A stretch of DNA of 64,000 bases from Candidatus Pacearchaeota archaeon (GCA_041659265.1 JBAZYP010000009.1:12201-76200); one strand, 5' to 3'. Positions 18,925-29,202 are shown, counted from the stretch's first letter. The notes: generated from the sequence alone by a model not told the origin. Numbers and translations are program-made.

Positions 18925-19578
18925 ATGGTACATTTAGGATTAGGAGATTCTTATAGTTTATTTAGTCAGGCTATTAATCAAACAGAATTTTATTTAAATG
19001 ATATTTATGATCAATTTGGGAGATTAATGATAGATTCATTTGGAATAAATGATTCATCAAAAATTGATTTAAGATTAGGTTGTTTTTGGTTAGATGGATT
19101 TTACTCTCCAAATGGTCTTGGTGTTAATATGGATTATCTGGAAGAGAAAGTTAATTGTTGTGAGGATTGTTTTAATGAATGGCTGGATACAAGAGGATTT
19201 GTACTTGCTCATGAGATAGCACATCATTATCATTATTTAGTTAATCCCGATTTATTTCATGAAGATATACGAGATTTAAGGGATGTTGATTTTTATTCAG
19301 ATTTTTTAGCAGAATTAAGTGCGATGCATTTTTTTAATAAAATCGGTAAATTGAATAGTAGTATTTTAACATATTCTCAAATTGTAGATTATTCCTATTC
19401 ATCTTTTATGTATTTTAAGGATAATAAACTTGATTTAGATAAACAGATTTTTAATTTATCTAGATTTAATGAAAATGAAGCAAAATCATTTTTAAGAGAT
19501 TATGATCTTTCAAAGAAAATATTATGTTATATGGATAGAGATATTTTTTTAGGTATGTGTGTTCATGAAGAAATTTAA
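18925..19578 (+). CDS. Putative zinc metallopeptidase (HExxH)
   Basis: GFVLAHEIAHHYHYLVNPDLFHED...YSDFLAELSAMHFFNKIG. Confidence 0.65.
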   Translation: MVHLGLGDSYSLFSQAINQTEFYLNDIYDQFGRLMIDSFGINDSSKIDLRLGCFWLDGFYSPNGLGVNMDYLEEKVNCCEDCFNEWLDTRGFVLAHEIAHHYHYLVNPDLFHEDIRDLRDVDFYSDFLAELSAMHFFNKIGKLNSSILTYSQIVDYSYSSFMYFKDNKLDLDKQIFNLSRFNENEAKSFLRDYDLSKKILCYMDRDIFLGMCVHEEI

Positions 19579-20171
19579 TGTTTATCTTTATATCTGCCTC
19601 TTGATTCAATTGTTTTAATTCTCTTGATAATTTCAACTTTGTCTTTTGATGAGTATGAATCTAGTAGAATATTAAAAAATTCTTTATTAATTGTGAAATG
19701 TTTTGCATCTAAAGCTTGTTTTAATAAATGAAGGTCAACTGCTTTATCTTCAATTTTTTTTGAATGATAAGCTAAACCGAAATCAATAAGATAGACTAGA
19801 TTATTTTTTTCTATCATGTTACTTGTTGTTAAATCTCCATGGATAATATCTTTATCATGCATTTTTCCTATTGAATTTCCAAGTGATTTTGCAATCCTAA
19901 GATAATCTAATTTTTCTAGAGATTCTGAAAGTTTTTTTCCTTCAAGATATTCCATAATTATTTCATCTTCATTATTAGTCTTAATTATTTTTGGAACAGG
20001 AATGATTCCATTAAGTTTTTCTATAATTTTTGCTTCTGAACGAGTACGAGACTTTATTAATTTATTATCTATTTCATTAATACGATAAGATTTTTTTATT
20101 CTATTTTTTATTACTTGATTGTTATTTAATGTAATAAAAGCTTCTGCACCTTGAGAAATTTTCTTAATCAT
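19575..20171 (-). CDS. bud32: Kae1-associated protein kinase Bud32
   Basis: GAEAFITL, RSEAKIIEKL...VPKII, IIHGDLTTSNMI, VYLIDFGLAYHSKKIEDKAVDLHLLKQAL. Confidence 0.93.
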   Translation of the reverse strand: MIKKISQGAEAFITLNNNQVIKNRIKKSYRINEIDNKLIKSRTRSEAKIIEKLNGIIPVPKIIKTNNEDEIIMEYLEGKKLSESLEKLDYLRIAKSLGNSIGKMHDKDIIHGDLTTSNMIEKNNLVYLIDFGLAYHSKKIEDKAVDLHLLKQALDAKHFTINKEFFNILLDSYSSKDKVEIIKRIKTIESRGRYKDKH

Positions 20172-20542
20172 TTTATTAAAGAAGTATCTCCATTAAGTTC
20201 AATAACTCCTATGGCATTTAGTTCATCAGATGAATTAATTGGATTTTTGAATAACATGAAAATCTTTTTTTTCTGATTAAACGCCATACCAATTTCCATT
20301 ATAGAATTAAAACCAATATAATTTTCTATATTATTCTTCTTGTAGTTTGCAATAAGTATTGCATCAGACCACTTTAAGTTTTCATTAAAATCTAACATTG
20401 AATCTAGTTTGAAATTATTAGAGTTCTTATAATTGTTATCAGGTAATGGAATTTTAACAAGATGTCCTTGTTTTTCTAATTCTTTTTTTAGTTGCAGAAA
20501 ATTCTCATGAAAAGCCATCGAACCAATTATAGTTATCTTCAT
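20168..20542 (-). CDS. Nucleoside 2-deoxyribosyltransferase-like protein
   Basis: MKITIIGSMAFHENFLQLKKELEKQGH...DAILIANYKKNNIENYIGFNSIMEIGMAFNQKKKIFML; overlaps bud32 by 4 nt. Confidence 0.65.
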   Translation of the reverse strand: MKITIIGSMAFHENFLQLKKELEKQGHLVKIPLPDNNYKNSNNFKLDSMLDFNENLKWSDAILIANYKKNNIENYIGFNSIMEIGMAFNQKKKIFMLFKNPINSSDELNAIGVIELNGDTSLIK

Positions 20543-20550
20543 TTTAAAAT

Positions 20551-21927
20551 TTAAAACTTCATTCTTTTACCGAATTTTTTTGCTAGTTTTTGCATTTGCT
20601 TTTGAGATAAACCCTCTTTAGGATCTAGATTTGCTAAATCTCCTGAACCTGAAACCATGTCTTTTAATAATTTGTATTGCTTTATTAGTTGTCTAACATC
20701 TGTTGTTGTAGCTCCTGAACCTTTAGCTATACGACCTAGACGAGAAGTTTGTTTTTCTATAACTTCTGGATTTTCTATTTCTTCTTTTGTCATGGAATCT
20801 ATGATATGCTCCCATTTTTTTAGTTTTTCTTCTTGAATTCCTAACATATTATCTGGAATTTTTGCTTTACCTAAACCTGGAACCATTTCCATAATTTTTG
20901 AAAAACTTCCAATATTTTTCATTCCCTTTAATTGTTCTTGAAAATCACGTAAATCAAAATTACCTGATTCTAATTTATTTTTAATACGTTTTTGAGATTT
21001 TTCATCAAGAGCAGATTGAACTTTTTCCAAAAGTCCTTCTAAATCACCTAACCCTAATAATCTTGAAATAAATGCTTGTGGATTAAAGGTTTCAAAATCT
21101 GAAGGATTTTCTCCTGTACCAATAAAAAATACTGGAGCTTTAGTTTCATTACATGCTGTTAAAGCTCCTCCTGCTTTAGCAGTTGAATCCATTCTTGTAA
21201 TAATAACTCCATGTATGTTACAAGCTTTTTGAAATTCAGATGCTTGAACTTTAGCTGCTTGACCAATATCAGCTTGAATTACTAACAGAGTATAAGTTGG
21301 TTTAATTTCTTTACCTAATGTAGTAATTTCATCGACAAGTTCTTTATCTAGATTATGTCTGCCTGCTGTATCAATTATAACTAGGTCATAATCATCAAGT
21401 TCTTTAGAAAATTTTTTATATATTTTAAGAGCATTTTTTTCAGTCTTATCTGTTAATACTGGAATTTTTATTTTATTACCAAGTTGTTCTAATTGTTCTC
21501 TTGCTGCAGGCCTATGAACATCTAAACCCATCATAGCAACTTTAAAGCCCCTTTTAGAATAATAAGCTGCTAGTTTTGAGGAGGTAGTTGTTTTTCCTGC
21601 TCCATATAATCCTAAAAGCATTATTTTTGTGGTTTTTCCTTTTTCAATTTTTATTTCATATTTTTCTTTACCTAATAGATTTAAGATTTCATCATGTAAA
21701 ATTTTGGTTAAATGTTCTTTTCTTTCTATACCCTTGATTTTTTCGTTTTCTGCTTCTTTTTTAATTCTTTCACCAAGTTCTTTAACAAGGTAAACATTAA
21801 CATCTGCTTGAATTAATGCTCTTTGGAGATCTTTAACAAGGGTTTCTATTGTTTTTTTATCTAAAAACATAGCTCCAGCTATCTTGTCAAATCCTTTTTT
21901 AAAAGCTGAACCTAGTCCTTCTAACAT
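20551..21927 (-). CDS. srp54: Signal recognition particle protein SRP54
   Basis: NG domain GLYGAGKTTTSSKLA, MGLDVHRPAAREQLEQL, IIDTAGRH, TRMDSTAKAGGAL; M domain ...GLGKAKIPDNMLG...SRLGRIAKGSGATTTDVRQLIKQY. Confidence 0.96.
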   Translation of the reverse strand: MLEGLGSAFKKGFDKIAGAMFLDKKTIETLVKDLQRALIQADVNVYLVKELGERIKKEAENEKIKGIERKEHLTKILHDEILNLLGKEKYEIKIEKGKTTKIMLLGLYGAGKTTTSSKLAAYYSKRGFKVAMMGLDVHRPAAREQLEQLGNKIKIPVLTDKTEKNALKIYKKFSKELDDYDLVIIDTAGRHNLDKELVDEITTLGKEIKPTYTLLVIQADIGQAAKVQASEFQKACNIHGVIITRMDSTAKAGGALTACNETKAPVFFIGTGENPSDFETFNPQAFISRLLGLGDLEGLLEKVQSALDEKSQKRIKNKLESGNFDLRDFQEQLKGMKNIGSFSKIMEMVPGLGKAKIPDNMLGIQEEKLKKWEHIIDSMTKEEIENPEVIEKQTSRLGRIAKGSGATTTDVRQLIKQYKLLKDMVSGSGDLANLDPKEGLSQKQMQKLAKKFGKRMKF

Positions 21928-22090
21928 GGTTTATTTAATGTTTTTTGGGTTTATAGGAGTTTTGGTAGCCGAAAATACCCTTAAATTATTATCAAATTAT
22001 TTATCTAAATTATATTTAAATCAATTCTATCTATCAACAATATATTTATAAAACAGGATGTATATCAATAATTGTATTAAAAAGGGTGAT

Positions 22091-25000
22091 ATGATGAAGT
22101 TTAATAAAAATTTGAAGGTATTTTATATATTTTTAGTAGCAATTTTAATTATTCAAATTGTTTTAGCAGAAGAAATATTATTGACTGGATCAACGAATCC
22201 TGTTCTTGAAAATTCAAAAGTAGCTTATGTTTATAGAACGCCCTCTCAAATTGAACCAAATGTTGTTGAAGTGTTTAATTCATTAAATTTTTCTATTGAT
22301 TATATAATGGATTCAAGTTTTCCTATGGATTTATCTAAGTATAGGCTGATTTATATCGGGGATGAATATTTCACAAAAGATATACCAATAGATAAAACTA
22401 ATGTTATTGTAGCTAATCCTAATATTGGAAGTAAAGATGGTTTAACAAAAAATGGCGGAGTAAGTAAATTAACATCAACTAAACCTTTAAGAGTGGAAAT
22501 AAATGGAAAATATGTTCAAGTTTATGAATTAACTAAAGATAAAAAAGATATGTTTATTCCATATTATTTTTTGAATAATTTAATGAAATCTCCTACATTA
22601 AAGAAATATGCTGGAGCAGATACAATAAGTTCTGGTGAGAATTATGGAGATGTTATTGCTTATGCAAAACCTGGAGATGTTTTATTAAATGGAAAAATTT
22701 TACAAGGAAGATTATGTTTTTTTGGTATAAATCAAGCTGATTTTTGGACTAGTGAATCAAGACAATTATTTTTAGATTGTACTGGATATACTGCAACTGA
22801 ATGCAGAAAAGATTCTGATTGCGGGGCTTCTCAAACAAGTCAATCTTATTGCAAAGATGGAGATATTTACAAAGATATAAAGACTTATCAATGTTTAAAA
22901 CCAGGGAGTGTTCATTCTAAATGTGTTAGCAAATCAGTTTCAACAATTATTCAAAATTGTTTGAAAGGTTGCAAGACTGGAAGTTGTTTACCTGATTGCA
23001 CTAAAGATGCTGATTGCGGAAAAAATAAATTATGCCAAGCTAATAGTTGTGTTCAAATCGCATGTACAATAGACGCTGATTGTGGTAAAGATAAATTTGC
23101 TAATCAATTATTTTGTAAAGATGGAAATGTTTTTGATAAATATATTACTTATGATTGTATAAATCCTGGAACATTAACAAGCAAGTGTTCATCAACAACA
23201 AGCGATAAGCTTTTTGAAAAATGCTTTAAGGGATGTTCTAATGGGGATTGTGCTTCACAATGTACTAAGAATAGTGAATGTGGAATAGATGAATTTGTTG
23301 GAGAATCAATATGCAAGGATGGAAGTGTATTCCAGAATAAAAGAACATATATATGCAATTCTCCAGGAACAGCTGAATCAAAATGTTCAAATAGTATTGT
23401 TCTTCAAAAGAAAATAACTTGTTCTAATCAAGAAACTTGTTCAAAGGGCATTTGTGTTGATTTGGTTTGTTCTAATAATTTAGATTGTGATGATAAAAAT
23501 TCTACTACAGAAGATTTTTGCATTAATGCTGGAAAAGCAAACTCTGCTTGTGTTCATACTATAACTAATTATAAAAATATCAGCCAGATAAAATTTATTT
23601 TATTATATGCTTATGCTGGTTATAATTCTGTTACATTAAATTTTTCTGCTGTTTCAAAAGATAATACTTTAATAAATGGGTATTTATTAAGCAAGGACCA
23701 TAATAATTGGGTTAGACTTCCTGGAAGTTCAACTGGTTATGTATTTAGGGGTCTTAATCCATTAACAGATTATGTATTTTATGTTAAAGCTATTGATAGT
23801 TCAAATATAAGTTCAGATGAAATTAGTATTTATATGAAGACGCTTGCTAATCCTTATCAAAATAATACTAATAATGGCACGAATAACAATGGAACTAACA
23901 ATAATGGAACTAACAATCAAAATAATATTCCAACAATCTCATCATTAAAAGCAGTTGCTGGAACAAATTATGTAACTTTATTATATTCTGCTAATTCAGC
24001 AAATGGTTCAACAATAAAAAAATATCTTGTAAAAAAGAATAATGAAAATTGGATTGAAACAACAAAGAAAAATTATACTTATTCTTCTTTAGCATCTGAT
24101 ACTAGTTATACTTTTTATGTAAAAACTATGGATAGTTTAAATAGAACTTCTAAAGAATTAGCTATAACTATTAAGACAGCAAAAATTAGTGGAAATAATG
24201 GTACAAACAATAATAACACAAATAACAATGGAACTAACAATAATGGAACTAATAATTCTAATAATCTTCCAAGTGTTTCATCAGTTAGTGCAATTGTTAA
24301 ACCAACTAATGTAACTTTAATTTATTCTGCAACATCTAAACCCGGTTCAACAATAAAAAAGTATCTTGTAAAAAAGAATAATGAAAATTGGATTGAAACA
24401 ACAAAACTTAATTATACTTTTAGTTCATTAATTCCTGAAACAAATTATATCTTTTATATTAAAGTTGTAGATAGTTTAGATAGGGTATCAAAAGAATCAA
24501 ATATTAGTGTTAAAACCTTAAAATTAATGAATGATGGAGGCAATAATGGAACAAATTCTACAGGAAATAATACTAATAATCAAAATAATCAACCAAGTGT
24601 ATCTTCTTTAACAGCAATTGTAGGATATGATAATGTAACTTTAATTTATTCTGCAACATCTAAACCAGGTTCAACAATAACTAGTTATTATTTAAGAAGA
24701 AATAGTGGTGGATGGATGATAACAAATAAACCTAATTATACTTTTACTGGTTTAATGCCTGATACAAATTATGTATTTTTTATTAAAGTAAATGATAGTT
24801 TAAATAGAGTCTCAAAGGAAATTAATATTTCTGTAAAAACTGCAAAAAAGATAGAAACCGGGGGTTCTGATGGTGGATCTAATGGCGGTTCAGGAGGATC
24901 TGGAGGTTCTGGTGGCGGATCTGGAGGATCAGGCGGATCATCATCAATTTTAACTGGAAGTGGAAGTGGATTTTATCCAGGTCAACATTGTTTAACTATA

Positions 25001-25360
25001 TGGAATTGTAATGATTGGAGTAAATGCAGGGATAAAACTCAAACAAGAGAATGTATTTATCCTGCTAATTTTTGTGAACCTTATGACCCTAAACCAACTG
25101 AATCTAGAGTATGTATACCTGAAGAACCGATTCCAGACCAACAATTAGAAGAATTTAATTCAGAAGTAAATAAAGATACCCCTATTGTAAATGAGGTAAA
25201 AGAAAGTCCTTATTCTCCAATTACAGGAGCATTTATTGCAGCAACACTAGGAAAACATCCTTGGATATCATTATTAATTTTGGTTTTTGTTGGAATTGGA
25301 ATATATTATTATTATTCTGTAAGAACTAAGCCACTATTAAAAGCATTTTCTAAAAAGTAG
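22091..25360 (+). CDS. Large surface protein: Cys-rich repeats, fibronectin type III-like domains with NGTNN linkers, TSP1-like segment, C-terminal TM
   Basis: Signal peptide after MMKFNKNLK; repeated CxKDxDCGxxxxxxxxxCKDG...; FN3 repeats ending NYTFSSL.P.TNYIFYIKVVDSL.RVSKE; Gly/Ser linker; HCLTIWNCNDWSKCRDKTQTRECIYP; TM near 25260-25320. Confidence 0.85.
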   Translation: MMKFNKNLKVFYIFLVAILIIQIVLAEEILLTGSTNPVLENSKVAYVYRTPSQIEPNVVEVFNSLNFSIDYIMDSSFPMDLSKYRLIYIGDEYFTKDIPIDKTNVIVANPNIGSKDGLTKNGGVSKLTSTKPLRVEINGKYVQVYELTKDKKDMFIPYYFLNNLMKSPTLKKYAGADTISSGENYGDVIAYAKPGDVLLNGKILQGRLCFFGINQADFWTSESRQLFLDCTGYTATECRKDSDCGASQTSQSYCKDGDIYKDIKTYQCLKPGSVHSKCVSKSVSTIIQNCLKGCKTGSCLPDCTKDADCGKNKLCQANSCVQIACTIDADCGKDKFANQLFCKDGNVFDKYITYDCINPGTLTSKCSSTTSDKLFEKCFKGCSNGDCASQCTKNSECGIDEFVGESICKDGSVFQNKRTYICNSPGTAESKCSNSIVLQKKITCSNQETCSKGICVDLVCSNNLDCDDKNSTTEDFCINAGKANSACVHTITNYKNISQIKFILLYAYAGYNSVTLNFSAVSKDNTLINGYLLSKDHNNWVRLPGSSTGYVFRGLNPLTDYVFYVKAIDSSNISSDEISIYMKTLANPYQNNTNNGTNNNGTNNNGTNNQNNIPTISSLKAVAGTNYVTLLYSANSANGSTIKKYLVKKNNENWIETTKKNYTYSSLASDTSYTFYVKTMDSLNRTSKELAITIKTAKISGNNGTNNNNTNNNGTNNNGTNNSNNLPSVSSVSAIVKPTNVTLIYSATSKPGSTIKKYLVKKNNENWIETTKLNYTFSSLIPETNYIFYIKVVDSLDRVSKESNISVKTLKLMNDGGNNGTNSTGNNTNNQNNQPSVSSLTAIVGYDNVTLIYSATSKPGSTITSYYLRRNSGGWMITNKPNYTFTGLMPDTNYVFFIKVNDSLNRVSKEINISVKTAKKIETGGSDGGSNGGSGGSGGSGGGSGGSGGSSSILTGSGSGFYPGQHCLTIWNCNDWSKCRDKTQTRECIYPANFCEPYDPKPTESRVCIPEEPIPDQQLEEFNSEVNKDTPIVNEVKESPYSPITGAFIAATLGKHPWISLLILVFVGIGIYYYYSVRTKPLLKAFSKK
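23868..24576 (+). repeat. Intragenic repeats: NNNGTNN linkers and near-identical FN3 modules
   Basis: Repeated AATAACAATGGAACTAACAATAATGGAACT and near-identical AAAAAA[A/G]TATCTTGTAAAAAAGAATAATGAAAATTGGATTGAAACAACAAA. Confidence 0.85.
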
Positions 25361-25391
25361 ATAAAAAATTTTATTATAAATAAAAATAATA

Positions 25392-26795
25392 TTATAATCC
25401 TAGGTTATTTATGAATTCGTTTTTATTAAATAATTTAATATCTTCATAATTTTGTCCAACTCCTAGATAAAAAATTGGTTTTTTTGTTATATGACTTACA
25501 GATAGGATTGTTCCACCTTTTTCATCAATATCTGCTTTACTTAATATACTTCCATCGATTCCAATCATTTCATTAAAGGTTCTAGCTTGTTCTGTAGCAT
25601 CATTTCCTGCAATAGATTCTGCAACAAATATCTTTAAATCAGGTTTAGTTACTCTGCATATTTTTTCCATTTCTGCTAATAAGTTTGTTTTTGTATGCAT
25701 TCTTCCTGCTGTATCTATTAAAACTACGTTAATTTTATGTTTTTTTGCATAACTTATAGCATCAAAACCTACTGCAGAAGGATCTGCATTATAATCATGT
25801 TTTATTAAAGGAACATCAAGTCTTTTTGCATGTTCGGAAATTTGTTCAATTGAAGCAGCTCTAAACGTATCTCCTGCAGCTAGAACCACGCTTAAATTAT
25901 TTTTTTTAAGAAGAGAAGTTAATTTTGCTATTGATGTTGTTTTTCCTGTTCCATTAATTCCAAAAAAAAGAATTACAAATGGAGATTCTTTTTTGTTTTT
26001 AATTATTTTTAATGGGTCTATTGGTTCAATTATTAATTCTTCTAAAGAAGATTTTAATTCTTTTTTAATAACCTCTTCTAAATCTTCTTTTTTAATTTCT
26101 TTACCTATCAGTCTTTTTGATAAAAGTTTTTTTAAATCTTCAACAACTTCCAGGGCTACATTATTTTCTAATAATAACATTTCCAAATCATCAAATAATG
26201 AATCAAAATCTTCTTCATTTATTTTATAAGTGAATGCGGATTTAATCCTTGTTAGGAAAGAGGTTTTTTCAATGGGTTTTTCTTCAATAACAATTTCTTC
26301 TTTTTCTTCTGAAATTTCTTTTTCTTCAATAATTGGGTCTGCAACTTCTTCTTCATCTTTTTTTCCTAATAGTCTTGAAAAAAATCCTTTTTTCTTTTTT
26401 TCAGATTTATCAATTAGTTCTGTTTTAACAACATCCTCCTCAATTTCTTCAATTATTTTTTCTTTTTCAACAACTTCTTCTGGAATTCCTTCAACTATAT
26501 CTTCTTCAATTTCTATAGCTTTACCTATTTCCTTAGTGATTTTTGGGATTTCTATAATTTTTTTATCTTTAGTCTTTTTAATAGGTATTTCCTTCTTTTT
26601 TTCAATAATATCTTTTTTAGAGTCTTTTTTTCCCTTTACAACTTTTTCTACTTTATTTGGTTTAGTAGATTTAGAAATCTTTTCTTCCTTTTTCTTTTTA
26701 GGTTTCTCAACTTTTTCAACAGGTTCTTCAACTTTTAATTTGTCTTTTGTACCACTAACCCAGTCTTTAAGCTTATTTTTTAGGAATCCAAACAT
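25392..26795 (-). CDS. ftsY: Signal recognition particle receptor FtsY
   Basis: GINGTGKTTSIAKLT, AAGDTFRAASIEQISEHAKRL, VLIDTAGRMHTKTNLLAEMEKI, LSKADIDEKGG; long acidic/Lys-rich N-terminus; start set at MFGFLKNKLKD rather than 26972. Confidence 0.94.
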   Translation of the reverse strand: MFGFLKNKLKDWVSGTKDKLKVEEPVEKVEKPKKKKEEKISKSTKPNKVEKVVKGKKDSKKDIIEKKKEIPIKKTKDKKIIEIPKITKEIGKAIEIEEDIVEGIPEEVVEKEKIIEEIEEDVVKTELIDKSEKKKKGFFSRLLGKKDEEEVADPIIEEKEISEEKEEIVIEEKPIEKTSFLTRIKSAFTYKINEEDFDSLFDDLEMLLLENNVALEVVEDLKKLLSKRLIGKEIKKEDLEEVIKKELKSSLEELIIEPIDPLKIIKNKKESPFVILFFGINGTGKTTSIAKLTSLLKKNNLSVVLAAGDTFRAASIEQISEHAKRLDVPLIKHDYNADPSAVGFDAISYAKKHKINVVLIDTAGRMHTKTNLLAEMEKICRVTKPDLKIFVAESIAGNDATEQARTFNEMIGIDGSILSKADIDEKGGTILSVSHITKKPIFYLGVGQNYEDIKLFNKNEFINNLGL

Positions 26796-26861
26796 TATAA
26801 TAATAAAAAATAAGGGTTTATAATCATTAAGGTTTATATATAAAATAGGTTTTATATTAAA

Positions 26862-27440
26862 ATGGGTGATTATCATATCTATCTTTTTAGGCATGGGCAG
26901 ACTTTTTACAATAAAAACAAAGTTTTTACTGGATGGAAAGATTCTAAATTGACTCCTGAAGGAATAAAACAAGCTAAAAATCTCGGAGAATTATTAAGGA
27001 ATAAAAAAATTGATATTGCTTATAAAAGCCCTTTATCTAGATCAAAAGATACCTTAAAAGAGGTTATTAAGTTTCATCCTGAATGCAAGAATATTTTTAC
27101 TGATAAAAGGATAATCGAAAGAAGTTATGGAAGCCTTGCAGGTAAAACTCATAATGAAGTACTTATAAAATTAGGTCAAGAACAATTTGATAAATGGCAT
27201 AGGGGGTTTAATGATAGGCCTCCTAAGGGTGAGTCTTTTAAAGATGTTGAAAAAAGGGTTAAACCATTTATTAATGATTTAATAAAGAAGATAAAGAAGG
27301 AAAAAGTTAATGTTGCAATATCGGCTCATGGTAATTCAATAAGATTATTTAGGAAAATAATGGAGAAAGCTTCTATTAAAGAATGTGTAACTTGGAAAAT
27401 TCCTTATGATGAATATTTTCATTATGTAATTAAATCCTAA
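26862..27440 (+). CDS. Histidine phosphatase / phosphoglycerate mutase family protein
   Basis: LFRHGQTFYNKNKVFTGWKDSKLTPEGIKQAKNLGELL, YGSLAGKTHNEV, AISAHGNSIRLF. Confidence 0.85.
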   Translation: MGDYHIYLFRHGQTFYNKNKVFTGWKDSKLTPEGIKQAKNLGELLRNKKIDIAYKSPLSRSKDTLKEVIKFHPECKNIFTDKRIIERSYGSLAGKTHNEVLIKLGQEQFDKWHRGFNDRPPKGESFKDVEKRVKPFINDLIKKIKKEKVNVAISAHGNSIRLFRKIMEKASIKECVTWKIPYDEYFHYVIKS

Positions 27441-27538
27441 CTTTATAACTTGTTTAAATCATAATAAAGATTATAAAGTCAAATCTATTTTGTAGTTTAC
27501 CCTTAAAAGAGCTTAAATATATCTAAAAAGGAGATTTT

Positions 27539-28105
27539 ATGATAACTTATAATGAACTATATGATGCACTAAGAAAAGAGAGATATAGTGAACCGCTACA
27601 ACAATTAACTAAAAATTTTGTTAAGGAATTTGCTATTTATCTAAAAGAAAAGAAAGAAATTTTGGATACAAAGGATGATGATTTTTCTGATTCTATAATG
27701 AAAACCAAGAAACAGGTTGAAAATTCTGTTGCAATATTTAGGGAACTTATCTTAAGAAGAAAAAAGAAAATACTTGAATTAGCGTTTGTTGCTGCTGAAA
27801 CTGGAATATCAAAAAGAGATTTTGAAAATATGCTTAGTTTTGAAAAAGAATCTTTTGAAGGGATAATGAAATTATTAGAAAAAAGTGATAAGAAGATTTC
27901 TGAAATGCTTAAAGGTGTTAGTCAAGATAGTGAAGATAAGCCTAAAAATAAGATGATTGTTTTTATTACAGATACAGAGGAGTTTTTAGATCTTGAAGGA
28001 AATAAATTAGGTCCTTTTAAAAAAGGGGATGTTGCTAATATTTCTGAAGAAATAGCTAATATATTAATAATTGATAAAAAAGCAGAAGCTATCTCTGAAG
28101 AGTAA
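27539..28105 (+). CDS. Archaeal GINS complex subunit (Gins51/15 type)
   Basis: MITYNELYDALRKERYSEPLQQLTKNFVKEFAIYL...ILRRKKKILELAFVAAETGISKRDFENMLSFEKESFE; C-terminal small domain with LEGNKLGPFKKGDVANISEEIANILI. Confidence 0.85.
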   Translation: MITYNELYDALRKERYSEPLQQLTKNFVKEFAIYLKEKKEILDTKDDDFSDSIMKTKKQVENSVAIFRELILRRKKKILELAFVAAETGISKRDFENMLSFEKESFEGIMKLLEKSDKKISEMLKGVSQDSEDKPKNKMIVFITDTEEFLDLEGNKLGPFKKGDVANISEEIANILIIDKKAEAISEE

Positions 28106-28186
28106 GTAAAGATTAAAACAAATATAAAAAATTAGCATATAATCATAAAAACAAATATTTTTTAACTCAAGAATCTTATCTATAAT

Positions 28187-29200
28187 ATGGAAATTTTCAA
28201 TAGTCTTATTAGTCCTGAGGAATTAATTAAAGAAATCCCAACTAGTATTGCTGTTATAGAAAATGTTAAGAAATCCAGGCAAGAAATTAAAGATATACTT
28301 GATGGAAAGGATAAGAGGAAGATATTTGTTATTGGCCCTTGTTCAATACATAATTTTAATGAAGCATTAAAATATGCTGAAAAATTGAAAAATTTACAGG
28401 AAAAAGTTAAAGATAGGGTATTATTATTAATGAGAGTTTATCTTGAAAAACCAAGAACTAGTTCTGGATGGAAGGGTTTTATTAATGATCCTGATTTAAA
28501 TGAAAGTTATAATATTGAAAAAGGATTAAAATTATCAAGAGAATTATTAATTAAAATTATTGAATTAGGGGTTCCTTGTGCAACTGAATTTTTAGAAATA
28601 TTAGTTTATCCTTATATACAAGATTTAATTTCATGGGGTGCAATTGGTGCACGAACTACTGAATCTCCTGTACATAGACAAATTGTATCTGGGATGGATA
28701 TTCCTATAGGATTTAAAAATTTAACTTCAGGGGATATTGATAGTGCAATAAATGCAATTATTTTTTCAAGCAATCCTAATCATTTTATTGGTATTGATAT
28801 AAATGGAAAAGTTTCTAAAATTTCTACAAGTGGAAATAAATATTGCAATTTAGTTTTAAGAGGTGGAATAACTGGGCCTAATTATGAGGATGAATTTGTT
28901 GAAGAAAGCCAGAAGAGATTAAAAGAAAAGGCAATTTCTGAAAAAATCTTTATTGATTGCAATCATGGAAATTCTTTAAAAGATTATTCTAGGCAGCCTG
29001 ATGTTTTTAGAGAGGTTGTAGCTCAGATGATAAAAAATACTAATCTTATTGGAGTCATGTTAGAATCTAATATAAATGAAGGTAAACAAATTATTCCTGA
29101 AGATTTAAAACAATTAAAGGAAGGAGTTTCAGTTACTGATGGTTGCATTAGTTTTGAAGTAACAGAAAAACTAATTTTAGAAGCCTATTCTATACTTTAA
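28187..29200 (+). CDS. aroG: 3-deoxy-7-phosphoheptulonate (DAHP) synthase, AroF/G/H-type
   Basis: IGPCSIHNFNEALKYAEKL, MRVYLEKPRTSSGWKGFINDPDLNESYNIEKGL, GAIGARTTESPVHRQIVSGMDIPIGFKN, DCNHGNSLKDYSRQ. Confidence 0.93.
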   Translation: MEIFNSLISPEELIKEIPTSIAVIENVKKSRQEIKDILDGKDKRKIFVIGPCSIHNFNEALKYAEKLKNLQEKVKDRVLLLMRVYLEKPRTSSGWKGFINDPDLNESYNIEKGLKLSRELLIKIIELGVPCATEFLEILVYPYIQDLISWGAIGARTTESPVHRQIVSGMDIPIGFKNLTSGDIDSAINAIIFSSNPNHFIGIDINGKVSKISTSGNKYCNLVLRGGITGPNYEDEFVEESQKRLKEKAISEKIFIDCNHGNSLKDYSRQPDVFREVVAQMIKNTNLIGVMLESNINEGKQIIPEDLKQLKEGVSVTDGCISFEVTEKLILEAYSIL

Positions 29201-29202
29201 AG

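Noticed and set aside
23868-24260. Regularly spaced short repeats considered as a possible CRISPR
   Set aside because: Repeats are in frame, encode NGTNN linkers and FN3 modules, and lack constant repeat/variable spacer structure; no cas genes seen
25993-26229. ORF 78 aa (+)
   Set aside because: Antisense to ftsY, low-complexity Ser/Phe/Asn
26230-26823. Long Ser/Phe-rich ORF (+), antisense to ftsY
   Set aside because: Mirror of the Lys/Glu-rich low-complexity ftsY N-terminus; composition artefact with the convincing FtsY on the other strand
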